From the NCBI GenBank assembly GCA_043228905.1, contig JBHGNT010000005.1, positions 18,166,001 through 18,230,000 of the forward strand: a DNA stretch of 64,000 nucleotides, written 5' to 3'. This document shows positions 11,859 through 22,288 of this stretch, piece by piece (position 1 is the first letter of the stretch; each line of letters starts with the position of its first letter). Source of the DNA: Azolla caroliniana (Eukaryota; Plantae; Polypodiophyta). The notes below the pieces were generated by a model. That model worked only from the letters and a program-made list of their open reading frames with translations. It searched no databases and was not told the DNA's origin. A program made the position numbers and the translations under genes.

Positions 11859-12732
11859 TGTCGTGCCTTTCGGCTCCGGATCGTTGCGTGAGTCGGGTGG
11901 GAACCACAGAGGTCTTGGACTAGGAGAAAGAAGTTCGTGAGATAGAGATTAATTATGAGTAAATAGCAAAGAGAAAGATAAGAAACTCGTGAATCACACG
12001 AGTATACTATATTAATTGGTACTTAGGGTGTTAAGAGAGAAGTAGATGTATAAATCGTGAATCCCACGAATAATTTTTGTATTGATTAATACTTAATCCA
12101 AATAATCAACAACAACTACAATGTGCTCCCCATCCTTATATAGTGATGGGAGAGACTAAGCATAGCTACATGCTTTTTCTCATATGTTCATGCACACTAA
12201 ATGTGCATGTGATGCTTTTTTTATTTCCTAAGTATAGGGCTCATGTACGCTAGATGTGCATGAGTTATTTTTAATGTCTCGTGTTTTTTCTTTTTCATAT
12301 ATTAAAGAAATACACGATTTACCTTTTAATAAAGGTATGCATAAATAAAGGTCTTATACATATTAAATCTATATTTAAAACACTTAAGATAATTTAATGT
12401 AATGGTAAGGTTGGGGTTTGTCAACGTGGAGGTGCAGAGTTCGAATCACGCCCTGCGCAGTAGTGAGTATTTCCTTTCTTTTTACATTTATGTCTCTTTA
12501 TCCGGCTCTTCCTTGCCGGTATGCCGTTTTCTTCCTTGCCGGTATGCCGTTTTCCTCCTTGCCGGTATGCCGTTTTTCCTCCTTGCCGGTATGCCGTTTT
12601 CCTCCTTGCCGGTATGCCGTTTTTCCTCCTTGCCGGTATGCCGTTTTCTTCCGGTTCTCTCCGAGCACTCCATTCTCTATCCGGAGGGACAAAAATATAA
12701 TTTCCACATAGTGTGCAACCTACACTACGACA
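11859..12732 (-). mobile_element. Solo LTR (874 bp) with a 4-bp TSD inside C gag
   Basis: Termini TGTCGT...ACGACA; ACGG on both sides (11855-11858 and 12733-12736); minus-strand TATA CTATATAAG near 12140; no coding sequence. Confidence 0.85.
12505..12655. repeat. Six ~23-bp tandem units within the solo LTR
   Basis: CCTTGCCGGTATGCCGTTTT(T)C(C/T)T repeated six times. Confidence 0.95.
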
Positions 12733-12736
12733 ACGG

Positions 12737-15700
12737 TGTGTACGGTAATCGACTTTCGAGGAAGCACCATTGACCAGGTCATTGACCGGGTCAGAGAAAT
12801 GGAAAAGTCAAGCTCATGGCTTACACTGGGAACACTGCAACGGGCGTTACCCACCGAGGAAGATCTCCGGTTCCGGCAGGCAATTCAATGCACAATCTGC
12901 TTGAATGCCGGACACTCGACAGTGGAGTGCACCATGCGAACCCAGTGTGTGATTTGTCAATCCAAGAGTCATACAACAGATCGGTGCGAGTATAACCTGT
13001 TAAACCGCCAAGCACCACCCGTCCGACGGATCGAGCCAAGAAGCAGCCGAGACGAAGATGAAGATCGTTGGCAAAAAATGAACCGGTACCGACCGGCACA
13101 GGATGTCCGGTACGGAGACAGACAAGAGAGTGATGGCCGGTACGGGAATCGGCATGATAACTACGACCGGTATGAGCGATCGGACCGTTATCGGGAGCCC
13201 AACAGGCGACACGAGCAATACGACAGAGACCATTCCCCTAGTTACCGAAGGCACCAGGAGGACTACGGCCGATTTTACGATCCACCACGACAGGACTACC
13301 GAAATAAAAATAAGAATAATAAGAAACGTAATTTCAAGAAAGGAGGTCACCCTAGGGACCCGGAACATGGAACCCCAAGGAGCCAACCGGCACAGAACGC
13401 ACCACTCACTACGGGACCGACTCCGGCTACCAGCAATGCTGAATCCAGCAATACCCGTAAAGAGTACTGCTACTACTGCAGGCAGGAAGGCCACTACAGT
13501 AACCAGTGCCCGGTAAAGAGCTACGAGAAACGACCAGCAGTTAATATGGTGGTTCCGGAAGTGGCGGATATACAGCAAGTAACCACACGGTCGAAAGGCA
13601 TGGCCAAAGAATGGGAAACACAAGAGGCCATACGAAAACAGGCGACGGAATGGGTGAAGGAAGCCAATGAAAGGAACGTCGCGGACGCGGAACGGAAAAA
13701 GGCGAATACCATAGGGAGTGCCGGCGGTAGCCACCCAGAAAACGAGACATGGCAAGCACTGCAAGAATGTCAGATCACGTTGCCGTTAGGACGACTCTTG
13801 CAGCTCGTGCCGCGATTTATGGAAGGACTAAAAACGGGCATGACAGACGGTATAGCCCCACCGGCACCAGTCCTCTTCTCGAACTCGGAGGAAGGACCGA
13901 CGGTGGTGGACACTAGTAGTCCGGTGATTACAGCTATTGTCAAAGGGCACGAACTTCCCGGCACAGTAATCGATGGAGGTTCCGGGGTGAACGTAATAAG
14001 CCTCCACACGTGTAATGCCTTGGGTATACATGAATGGGAGCCATGTCCGTTCTGGCTACGGATGGCGGATACGAGCTCTGTACGGCCGATGGGCTTAATA
14101 CGGAAATTGGAAGTCACCATAGGAGGTCACACATTTCACATCTCGGCTGTAGTGCTGCAGCTACAGACGCAAGGCGCGTACCCACTGTTGCTGGGCAGAC
14201 CATGGTTGAAAACAGCACACATCAAGCAAAATTGGCGGAAAAATATGATTACCTTCCGGCGCGGAAAAGCCAAGGTCCGGGTTCCGACACAACCACGGAC
14301 GAGCAACGGTAAGGAATGCACACCGCTATATGCGGAATGCGTGAACATGCTGGAAGGGTTGGCAGACGACGAAGAAGCCCAGTACTTGGAGGAACACCCG
14401 AAGATCGTACCACTCTTCGAGATAGACGTGGCTGAAGCCGTAGCGCCATACTTGCCGCAGCGGGACGAAACCGAAGCCGAACCAGACAAAGATGCGATTC
14501 GGGAATTACGGCAAGCACAGGAAGTGTTGGAACGGGAAATGGCCGTTTCCCAACGGGTAAAAGCATCCCAGCTCGACGAAGTGAACCTAGGAAGCAAGGA
14601 CGAATCAAAGCCGGTACACATCGCCAAAGAAATGAAGCCGGAAGATAAAGCGGCGATGATCAAACTTCTCACGGAGTTTCGCGACGTATTCGCCTGGTCA
14701 TACGAAGACATGCGAGGGCTGGACCCTCAATTATATCAGCATCAGATCCACTTAGGCAAGGACGCGAAACCAGTGGCGCAAAGACGTTACCGAATGAACC
14801 CCAACTACGCCGCCAAAGTGAAGGAGGAAATCGACAAACTCCTAAGAGTGGGCTTCATCCGGCCGGTAAAGAAAGCGACGTGGCTGAGCCCCATCGTCGT
14901 CGTACCCAAGAAGAACGGTAAAATCCGCGTGTGTGTAGATTACAGGAAACTAAATGCCGCCACAATTACGGATGCATTCCCTCTTCCGTTCACGGATGGA
15001 GTACTGGATGTCGTCGCCGGCCATGAAGTTTATAGCTTTTTAGACGGCTTCAGCGGATACAATCAAATCCGGATGCACCCCGACGACCAGGAGAAGACAG
15101 CGTTCGTCACCGAATGGGGGGTGTTTGTGGCCGAAGTAATGATGTTTGGCCTAAAAACGGCACCAGCAACTTTCCAGCGAATCATCATGGAGATCTTCGG
15201 CGAATACATTCCTGCCTTCATGCAGGTTTTCCTGGATGATTTTGCAGTCTATAGCCGGGGAAAAGACCATTTGCAGCACCTACGGTTATGCCTTGAAAAG
15301 TGTAGGTTATACCGGCTAAGCTTAAACCCAGCAAAATGCATCTTTGGAGTTTCAAGTGGAATATTGTTGGGACACATTGTAAGTAAGGAGGGCATTGCGG
15401 TCGACCCCGACAAAGTAAACGCGATACTAGGGGCACCGGCACCGAAAACGGCCAAAGCACTAAGCCGATTCTTAGGACAGATCCGGTGGCACAGCCGGAT
15501 GCTCCGTCACTTGGCTGACTTGGCTACACCATTACACACCGCGGTACACCGGACACCGTTCCAATGGACGGATACAGAGGACAAGGCATACAACGCCCTG
15601 AAGGTACTTTTGTCGCAAGCACCCGTCGTGCAGCCTCCGGATTGGAGCAAGGAATTTCATGTGTTCGTTGACGCTTCCGACATCGCTATCGGCAGCGCCT

Positions 15701-17547
15701 TAATGCAACTTACGGAGCCCAAGTGGTACCGGCCGGTATATTACGCCAGCCGGAAGCTGTCCCAAGCGGAGAAGAACTATTCAACGACGGAACGGGAGGC
15801 CCTGGGCATGATCTACAGTGTAACAAAGTTTCGTCATTACCTATTGGGAAGGAAGTTTTCATTTCATGTGGATCACTCGGCGCTCCTGTACTTAGTGTCC
15901 AAGGCGTCCCTGACCGGTAAGTTGGCCCGTTGGACCTTGCTGTTGCAGGAGTTCGAATTCGAGATCTTCCACCGGCCCGGTATCCAGCATGCCGTAGCAG
16001 ACTATCTGAGCCGGTTAGAGTCCGGAGAATCAGGCGACGGAGTAGCGGATGAATTCCCGGACGCAGAGTTATTCCGTATCACCCCGGAAACGGCAGCGGA
16101 CGACACGGTGGCATCAGAAGATAGGTGGCTGACAAACATGCACCAGTTCCTAAGCACGGGCCTGCCACCGGAGGAAATGAACCGGGACGAGAGGAAACGA
16201 CTGGCGGTGCAGAGCCGCAATTTCTGTCTGTTACGGGACACTCTCTACCACAAGGGAGCAGATGGAATATGGAGACGGGCAGTCCGTAGTGACGAGAAAG
16301 AAGTAATCTTACGGGAAGCACACTGTGGGGTTGCCGGAGGACATTACGCCGGGGAAGCGACGGCAAGAAAAGTATGGCAGAGCGGCTTGTGGTGGCCCAC
16401 GACGTTAAAAGACGCCGTCAAGTACGCTAAGGAATGTGACCTATGCCAACGAATGGGCCAGCCTACGGAGCAAGCACGGATGCCACACCAACCGGTACTT
16501 CCACTAGAGCCATTCCAGAAGTGGGGGTTGGATTTTGTCGGACCGTTCAAGCCACCGGCAATGAGAACGGGTAATCGTTATGTCATCGTGGCAACGGATT
16601 ATTGCACTAAATGGGTGGAGGCTAAGGCCTTGAGAGACAATACCGCGTCATCCACAGCAAAATTCTTGTACGAAAACATTTGGTGCCGATATGGATGTCC
16701 GATTGAATTAATCAGCGACCAAGGAGGGCACTTCCTCGGCCAGGTAGTGGAAAGCTTAACAACGTTCTATGCCATGGTTCATAAACGGAGCACACCGTAC
16801 TACCCACAAGCGAACGGGTTAGCAGAGTCCACCAACAAAACGCTGGAGAACATTCTCCGCAAAATCGTCAATGAAAACCGGACGGACTGGGATACAAAGC
16901 TCCATAGCGCGCTATGGGCGTACCGAACGGCATACAAGACAAGTATCCGAACAACGCCATTCCGGTTAGCATTCGGCTTAGAAGCGGTCATGCCGGTGGA
17001 ATTTCAGGTACCAAGCTTACGGATCCAACTACGGGAACGGCTGAATGAAAAGAAGTCGGAGGAGATGCGGCTAGCAGCACTATGCGAACTGGAGGAGCAA
17101 CGGCTGGCCAGCATCCTACACATGGAACTGGAGCAACGACGACGGAAAGCGTTCGTTGACCGTCACCGGAAAGGTAACGAAAAGATGTTCGAAATCGGAA
17201 AACCGGTTCTAGTATTCCAAACAAGGATGGGCAAGATGCCGGGTAAACTCCGGTTTAGATGGACAGGCCCGTATTGGCTGACACGGGAATACAACGGGTC
17301 CTATCAGATAGGGACACTTGCCGGTGAAGTACTAGGCAAGTGGGTGAACGGATTTAAACTAAAGCCCTATAAAGGACCGATGCCAAAGAACCCGTTTATG
17401 CAGCTCACCGGCACTATACCGGGAACCTGTCCGGGAACGGTACGGATGGAAGAAAAAGACGACGGGGAACCAGTAGCAGAGGCGAAGGAAGACACGGCAA
17501 ACCGTAAGGAAAACGGTAAGGGTCCGAAGGGACCTACGGATGTGTAA
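12737..17547 (+). CDS. Gypsy C Gag C-terminus and Pol (PR-RT-RH-INT), open frame
   Basis: Three CCHC knuckles; VIDGGSG protease; RVCVDYRKLN, LDGFSGYNQI and FLDD RT; VDASD RNase H; HHCC and WGLDF...SDQG...ANGLAES integrase; GPY motif. Confidence 0.93.
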
Positions 17548-17634
17548 GATCACATACCGTCATTAAAAAATAATAATAATAATAAATAAATAAATAAAAA
17601 AGAAAAATCATTAAAAATCGAGGTATGAACGGGT

Positions 17635-20538
17635 GTGAAAGCAAGGAGCGAAAAGGTACGTAGTGGGCATTTAAGAGCCGCCACGTTACTTAATACTAAA
17701 TCGGTACACGACGTGCGCATGCTCGAAAAAGGCGCCAAGACGCACAGAGAAAAAGAAGAGCGCATGGAGACCTTCTTTTTTCGCGAGCCAAGAAGCACAG
17801 AAGCACCAAGGCAGTGGAAGCTTAGCAGACGCGAACCTGCACTCAGAGAACCCCCGCGTTCAGAACGCTCTCTCTCTCGCTCTCACTCTCATCACCACTC
17901 TACCTCGCCATCTTTCCTCGACCTCGAAGCAGACATGGAACCACAAACGCTGTCGGAAGCGGCCAGGAAATGGTTCAAGCAACACGGACTGGACGGGTTC
18001 TTGACCATCATGGAGGCACCACCGCACAAAGAAGCCGACCAGGTCATCAAGGAGCTCGACAAGGAAGTCATCACCGAGGAAGCGATCCGTGCGCTAACAG
18101 GCCTTCCGGAGGGAGGTATTTTTCAGATTGATAATCCAACCTCAGAGCAACTCACCCGATATTTCGGTGAGTACTCTGTAGCCGGCAAAGGCTATCGAAC
18201 GCAGGGCGGCGAAGATCCGCTGTTCAGGGAGATAGCTCGAGTGCTCCATGAGTACGGCCACGTGTACCCCCGACCCCCTGTCATGCCAAAAAATCGGGCA
18301 GGGATGATCATAGCCACCTATGAAGGGATCCAGGTGGACTGGCCGGTGTTGATTGCAGACGGTTTGTGCGCGGCAATCGACATGGTACGAGGAAAGGACG
18401 GCAAGGAGGGCCGGAAGCTGTGGCATGCCGTAGCTCAGTGGATAACATTGCTCGTGCCGCCGGTCGAGACCGTTCAGCCAAAGAAGCGGCCAAGAGTATC
18501 GGAAGGAAGCACCTCGAAGCCGGCGTCCAAACGACAGCAGCTGCTGGCGTCGAAGGCGACGAAAGGGAAGAAACGGCTCCCAGAATCGGAGGAGGTGTCA
18601 CCGGTGGGACCCGTTAAGATAACCATACGGCGACCGGGTCAGAAGGAACCAGAACCCTTGACGGCACAGAAACATGCCGTTACCCAGGAAGAGGAAACGG
18701 AGGAGCCAGAAGAGCACCTCCAACGACGGTCAAGAAGTGGGACCGCCGGGGCAGCGGGGGAGCGTTCGGACCCGCAAAAGAAAGAAACGCCCCGAACTCA
18801 ACCTGAGCAAAACACAAGGGAGGAACCGGAACCGGTGCGGGTAGAACCGGCCTTGTCGACTTCTATACCAGAAGCCATTCCAACGGCTCCGGAGACGGCG
18901 AGAACCGGAACTCAACAGCCGGCGAGCCCAGCCAGCACACATGGCAGCCAAGGAGTAGGACCAGTACAGCAGCAAGGCACCAGTAGCATGTGGCTACGGT
19001 GGGTAGGTGAGCAGATCGCAGGAGCGGTCGAGTACATAGAGGCGGAGGAGAGAGCGCACAACGAACGGTTGCTCGTCACAACCGTAGATCTAGAGACGGC
19101 CCGGTCCAGAATCCGGAGCCTTGAACAAGACTTGGACAGGGTCACAAGGGAAATGGCTCAATTCGCTTTGACAACACAAGTCCAAGCACCGGTGACTCCA
19201 GGCAATGTACAGAATAAGGCGTCAGATCAACCTGTACATAGCAATCAGACCCCGGCAACGGAAACCGTTCCGGAGAGAAATGCGGCACAAGCCCAAGAGC
19301 TTGCGGATTTAAAGGATGAGCTAGCTGCCCAAGAAGCGCTGAGGAGCCGTGAAAGAGAATTGAAGACGGCAGCGGAGGCAGAACTCAAAAAGACTGCTGA
19401 GAATCTACGCCGGGCCGAGGAGAGCTTACGGAAAGGCCACCAAGCGTACGACCGGCTCAAGGAGGAGAAGGAGAAAATGCTGCAAGAGAAGGACAGGCTC
19501 CGGAGGAACGCCGAAACAGAAGTAGAGCGCCTGAAAGAGGAACTCCGGCAGGTAAAGGATCGGGAGGACCGGAACCAGCGCCAGATCAACGGCAAGCTCA
19601 AACAAAAAACGGAGGAATTTGAGCACTTGCACCGGGAGTATAAACGGTTGCAAACGGAGCACAAGGAACGGACAGATGAGCTCCGGCAAGCAGTTGATCG
19701 GACCGCAACGGCATACGCTAAGGAACAAGCGGAAACCAGAAGACGGTTGGAAGAGGCGGAGAAGGTTCGGACAGAGCTCCTCAGGCAACAGCAGGCGGAA
19801 AAAGAAAGAGCGGCGGAGGTACTGCAGAGGCTGCAGACAACATATCAAGGGCAGCTGACGCGCTACAGAGAGCAGGCGGAGGATACGGCGAATCTCATCA
19901 AGCAGTTGAAGGAGGAGCGACAAGTGGTGGAAAGTAGAGCGCAAATGGGAGCAAGTCGCATCCAGGATATCATGCGGGCCTGGTTGAACCAGACCAAGAG
20001 CTTGATTGACAACGGCTCCGTCAAATGCTGGACCAAGTGGGCCACGAATGCGGCGGAACTCCAACTGCTCCGGGCCGACGTAGAGAACCGGCGGAAGGAG
20101 GGAGATGATTGCTATATGCTGACTTCCGAAGACTTCACCGGCATAAGAGATGAGCTTGCCGAAGACTTTCAAGCCTTGGCAGACGACCAACTAGGGCAAG
20201 TCCGGCAACTTGTAGCTCAGCTGGACGACGACAGGCTGGAGGCGCAGATCCAGTTTGAAAGCTACGAGAGGTCCCGGATCCGGGGAGAGAAAGAACGAGA
20301 ACCGGTTACGGTCAACCTCAGTGATGAGGAACCGTTACTGGAAGGAGACCGGACCGGAAGCAGTCAAACGGAGCAGCCGGAGTCAGAGAAACAAACGGAG
20401 CAGCCGCCTATAGAGCAGCCGGAACAGCCGCAGTCCCAACCGCAACAGCAGCAGCAAGCACAGCTGCAACAACCACAACCGGAAGAACAAGTGGAAATTC
20501 TTGAACAAAGTATTTTGGACAATTTGGGTGAACAATGA
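17635..20538 (+). CDS. Gypsy C extra 3' ORF (up to 967 aa; in-frame ATGs at about 17719, 17764 and 17935); globular N-domain plus long coiled coil, function unknown
   Basis: 2.9-kb uninterrupted sense ORF between pol and the 3' LTR; E/R/K/Q-rich helical middle; Q/P/E-rich tail; no obvious transmembrane segment. Confidence 0.85.
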   Translation: MKARSEKVRSGHLRAATLLNTKSVHDVRMLEKGAKTHREKEERMETFFFREPRSTEAPRQWKLSRREPALREPPRSERSLSRSHSHHHSTSPSFLDLEADMEPQTLSEAARKWFKQHGLDGFLTIMEAPPHKEADQVIKELDKEVITEEAIRALTGLPEGGIFQIDNPTSEQLTRYFGEYSVAGKGYRTQGGEDPLFREIARVLHEYGHVYPRPPVMPKNRAGMIIATYEGIQVDWPVLIADGLCAAIDMVRGKDGKEGRKLWHAVAQWITLLVPPVETVQPKKRPRVSEGSTSKPASKRQQLLASKATKGKKRLPESEEVSPVGPVKITIRRPGQKEPEPLTAQKHAVTQEEETEEPEEHLQRRSRSGTAGAAGERSDPQKKETPRTQPEQNTREEPEPVRVEPALSTSIPEAIPTAPETARTGTQQPASPASTHGSQGVGPVQQQGTSSMWLRWVGEQIAGAVEYIEAEERAHNERLLVTTVDLETARSRIRSLEQDLDRVTREMAQFALTTQVQAPVTPGNVQNKASDQPVHSNQTPATETVPERNAAQAQELADLKDELAAQEALRSRERELKTAAEAELKKTAENLRRAEESLRKGHQAYDRLKEEKEKMLQEKDRLRRNAETEVERLKEELRQVKDREDRNQRQINGKLKQKTEEFEHLHREYKRLQTEHKERTDELRQAVDRTATAYAKEQAETRRRLEEAEKVRTELLRQQQAEKERAAEVLQRLQTTYQGQLTRYREQAEDTANLIKQLKEERQVVESRAQMGASRIQDIMRAWLNQTKSLIDNGSVKCWTKWATNAAELQLLRADVENRRKEGDDCYMLTSEDFTGIRDELAEDFQALADDQLGQVRQLVAQLDDDRLEAQIQFESYERSRIRGEKEREPVTVNLSDEEPLLEGDRTGSSQTEQPESEKQTEQPPIEQPEQPQSQPQQQQQAQLQQPQPEEQVEILEQSILDNLGEQ

Positions 20539-20590
20539 AGGGGCCGAGAAGGGTTCGACGTACAAGGCACTGTCCCACGGGCGTGCCATG

Positions 20591-21010
20591 TGTTACCGGC
20601 CGGCAAGGAGTCCAAAATACGGAGTGAAGGAATTAATTAAATATAGTTGTAAATGAGCATAGTGTGGACGGACGGACTGGAAACGGTATGCCGTTCCAGA
20701 TCCGGACGGATCCCGAATAGGTGCGAGAGGCACCGTTTTGTACTACGGGCCGGAAACCTATTTAAAGGCCCGGACCCCATTGTAATCACAGCGGATAATT
20801 AATAGAGCTTATGATGTTTATACTTCTGTGTTGATTTCCGTTCTGTAATTACTGTTATATCTTACGCGTGTAATTAACCAAAGCATTCTAATCGTGTAAC
20901 CTACGTAAGTTGGTGTAATCGTTGAATCTTAATCCTATGCCGTAATCACCCTTTGGTGAAGTGTCTCCGTGACACCTTGTGTTAGGCCTTGTCCGGCTAA
21001 GCGAATAACA
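20591..21010 (+). repeat. 3' LTR of Gypsy C
   Basis: Near-identical to 10316-10735; followed by TSD ATTTG. Confidence 0.95.
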
Positions 21011-21119
21011 ATTTGTTTCCTTAACCATCGTCTTATAAAGATGAGTTGGGAAAGATTTTGTATGTTGTAGTTGTTATGACTTTTCTAAAAACTAATGGAA
21101 GGATATTTTGGTTTTGGTA

Positions 21120-21727
21120 ATATCAACACCACACACACCACAACAAAATGGTGTATCTGAAAGGAAGAATAGATCACTTCTCAATATGGCTCGGAGTATG
21201 TTACAATTTTCTCACTTATCGCCTCAATTTTGGGAGGAAGCGGTTGGCACCGCTTTCTATATTCAAAATTGAGGATTTCATAGATCTTTGGGGCTCCAAA
21301 TCCCTTATGAACTATGGCATGGTCACAAACCTAACTTAAGTAACCTTCGTATTTTTGGTTGTGATGCTTATGCTTTTGTGCCAAATGTTCAAAGAAATAA
21401 GCTAGATCCAAGGGCTACAAAATCAATTTTCATCGGATATGGAGAAACTTCAAGATACAAGGCATACAAGCTCTACGATCCACAAAAGCGAAGAATATTC
21501 TTTAGTCGCAATGTTATATTCCAAGAAAATGGGCTTTCTACGAAGGTTTCTTCTTCCCTTTCTTCTAATCTACCTCCTTTATTACCTACACCTACCCACT
21601 TACAACCATCTTCCTCAACCATCTCAAATATTAATAGCACTCATATTGAAGGAGCCAACATTAGCTCATCCTCTACATCCACTATTTGTGTTGCTCTTCC
21701 ATCTAATCACAAGGCAAAGGTCAATCT
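21120..21727 (+). pseudogene. Copia A integrase C-terminal part
   Basis: STPHTPQQNGVSERKNRSLLNMARSML, PYELWHGHKPNLSNLRIFGC, NKLDPRA, FSRNVIFQE; AT-rich composition like the rest of A. Confidence 0.85.
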
Positions 21728-22288
21728 TGTTGGGAAACATGTCCCTCCGGATGGGAAGAGAAGTATTGTGTTGGTGAGTATCTCAGCCAAGGCCGATAGG
21801 CCGAGCCCGAAACCAAAATTGAAATCGATAATCGATAATCGAAATCTTTTCGGAAGACTATAATGCCAAATAGTCTAAACTACTCCTTGGGGGCTATACT
21901 TGTAAATAACCAAAAAGTTGCTTTTGCTTATAAGCAACTAGGGCAAACTTTACTAAGTGTAGTTGATCATTATTGTAAACTTGAACGAGGTAGTTGTCTC
22001 TGTAATCGTGAGTGAGAGAGTGATAGTGTAACTCTATAGCCGTCTATCAAACGAAGGAGAACTTGAGGTCGTTGCCTACAAGTTCCGTATTTGTACTATA
22101 GTGATATGTTTTTCTCGGGGCTTGTGGACCCCCATGGTTTTTCCCATTTCAGGTTTTCCACGTAAAATATCGGTGTCTCTGTGTCTTCACATTTTTTCGT
22201 CTCTGTACTAGCTCTTGGTTTCTACACATGAATATGAACGTGTAACCGGTTGTGGCTGATCAATTCCTAACAAAGTGGTATCAGAGCG

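Larger units (their letters stand above)
10316..21010 (+). mobile_element. Ty3/Gypsy element C, non-chromovirus (Athila/Selgy/Phygy-like), very recent
   Basis: 420-bp LTRs 10316-10735 and 20591-21010 differ at only 2 positions by eye; TSD ATTTG; gag-PR-RT-RH-INT order, no chromodomain, extra 3' ORF. Confidence 0.95.

Noticed and set aside
12395-12460. Functional tRNA gene
   Set aside because: Acceptor and anticodon stems do not pair; kept only as a tRNA-like motif.
12402-12773. Overlapping repetitive ORFs
   Set aside because: They arise from the 23-bp LTR minisatellite.
13000-20190. Long antisense ORFs within C (and similar ones in B, E and F)
   Set aside because: Shadow frames of GC-rich coding sequence with no recognisable motifs.
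17635-20538. Calling ORF3 a retroviral envelope or a captured SMC/myosin gene
   Set aside because: No signal peptide or clear TM segment, and no Walker A or motor motifs; coiled-coil similarity alone is not specific.
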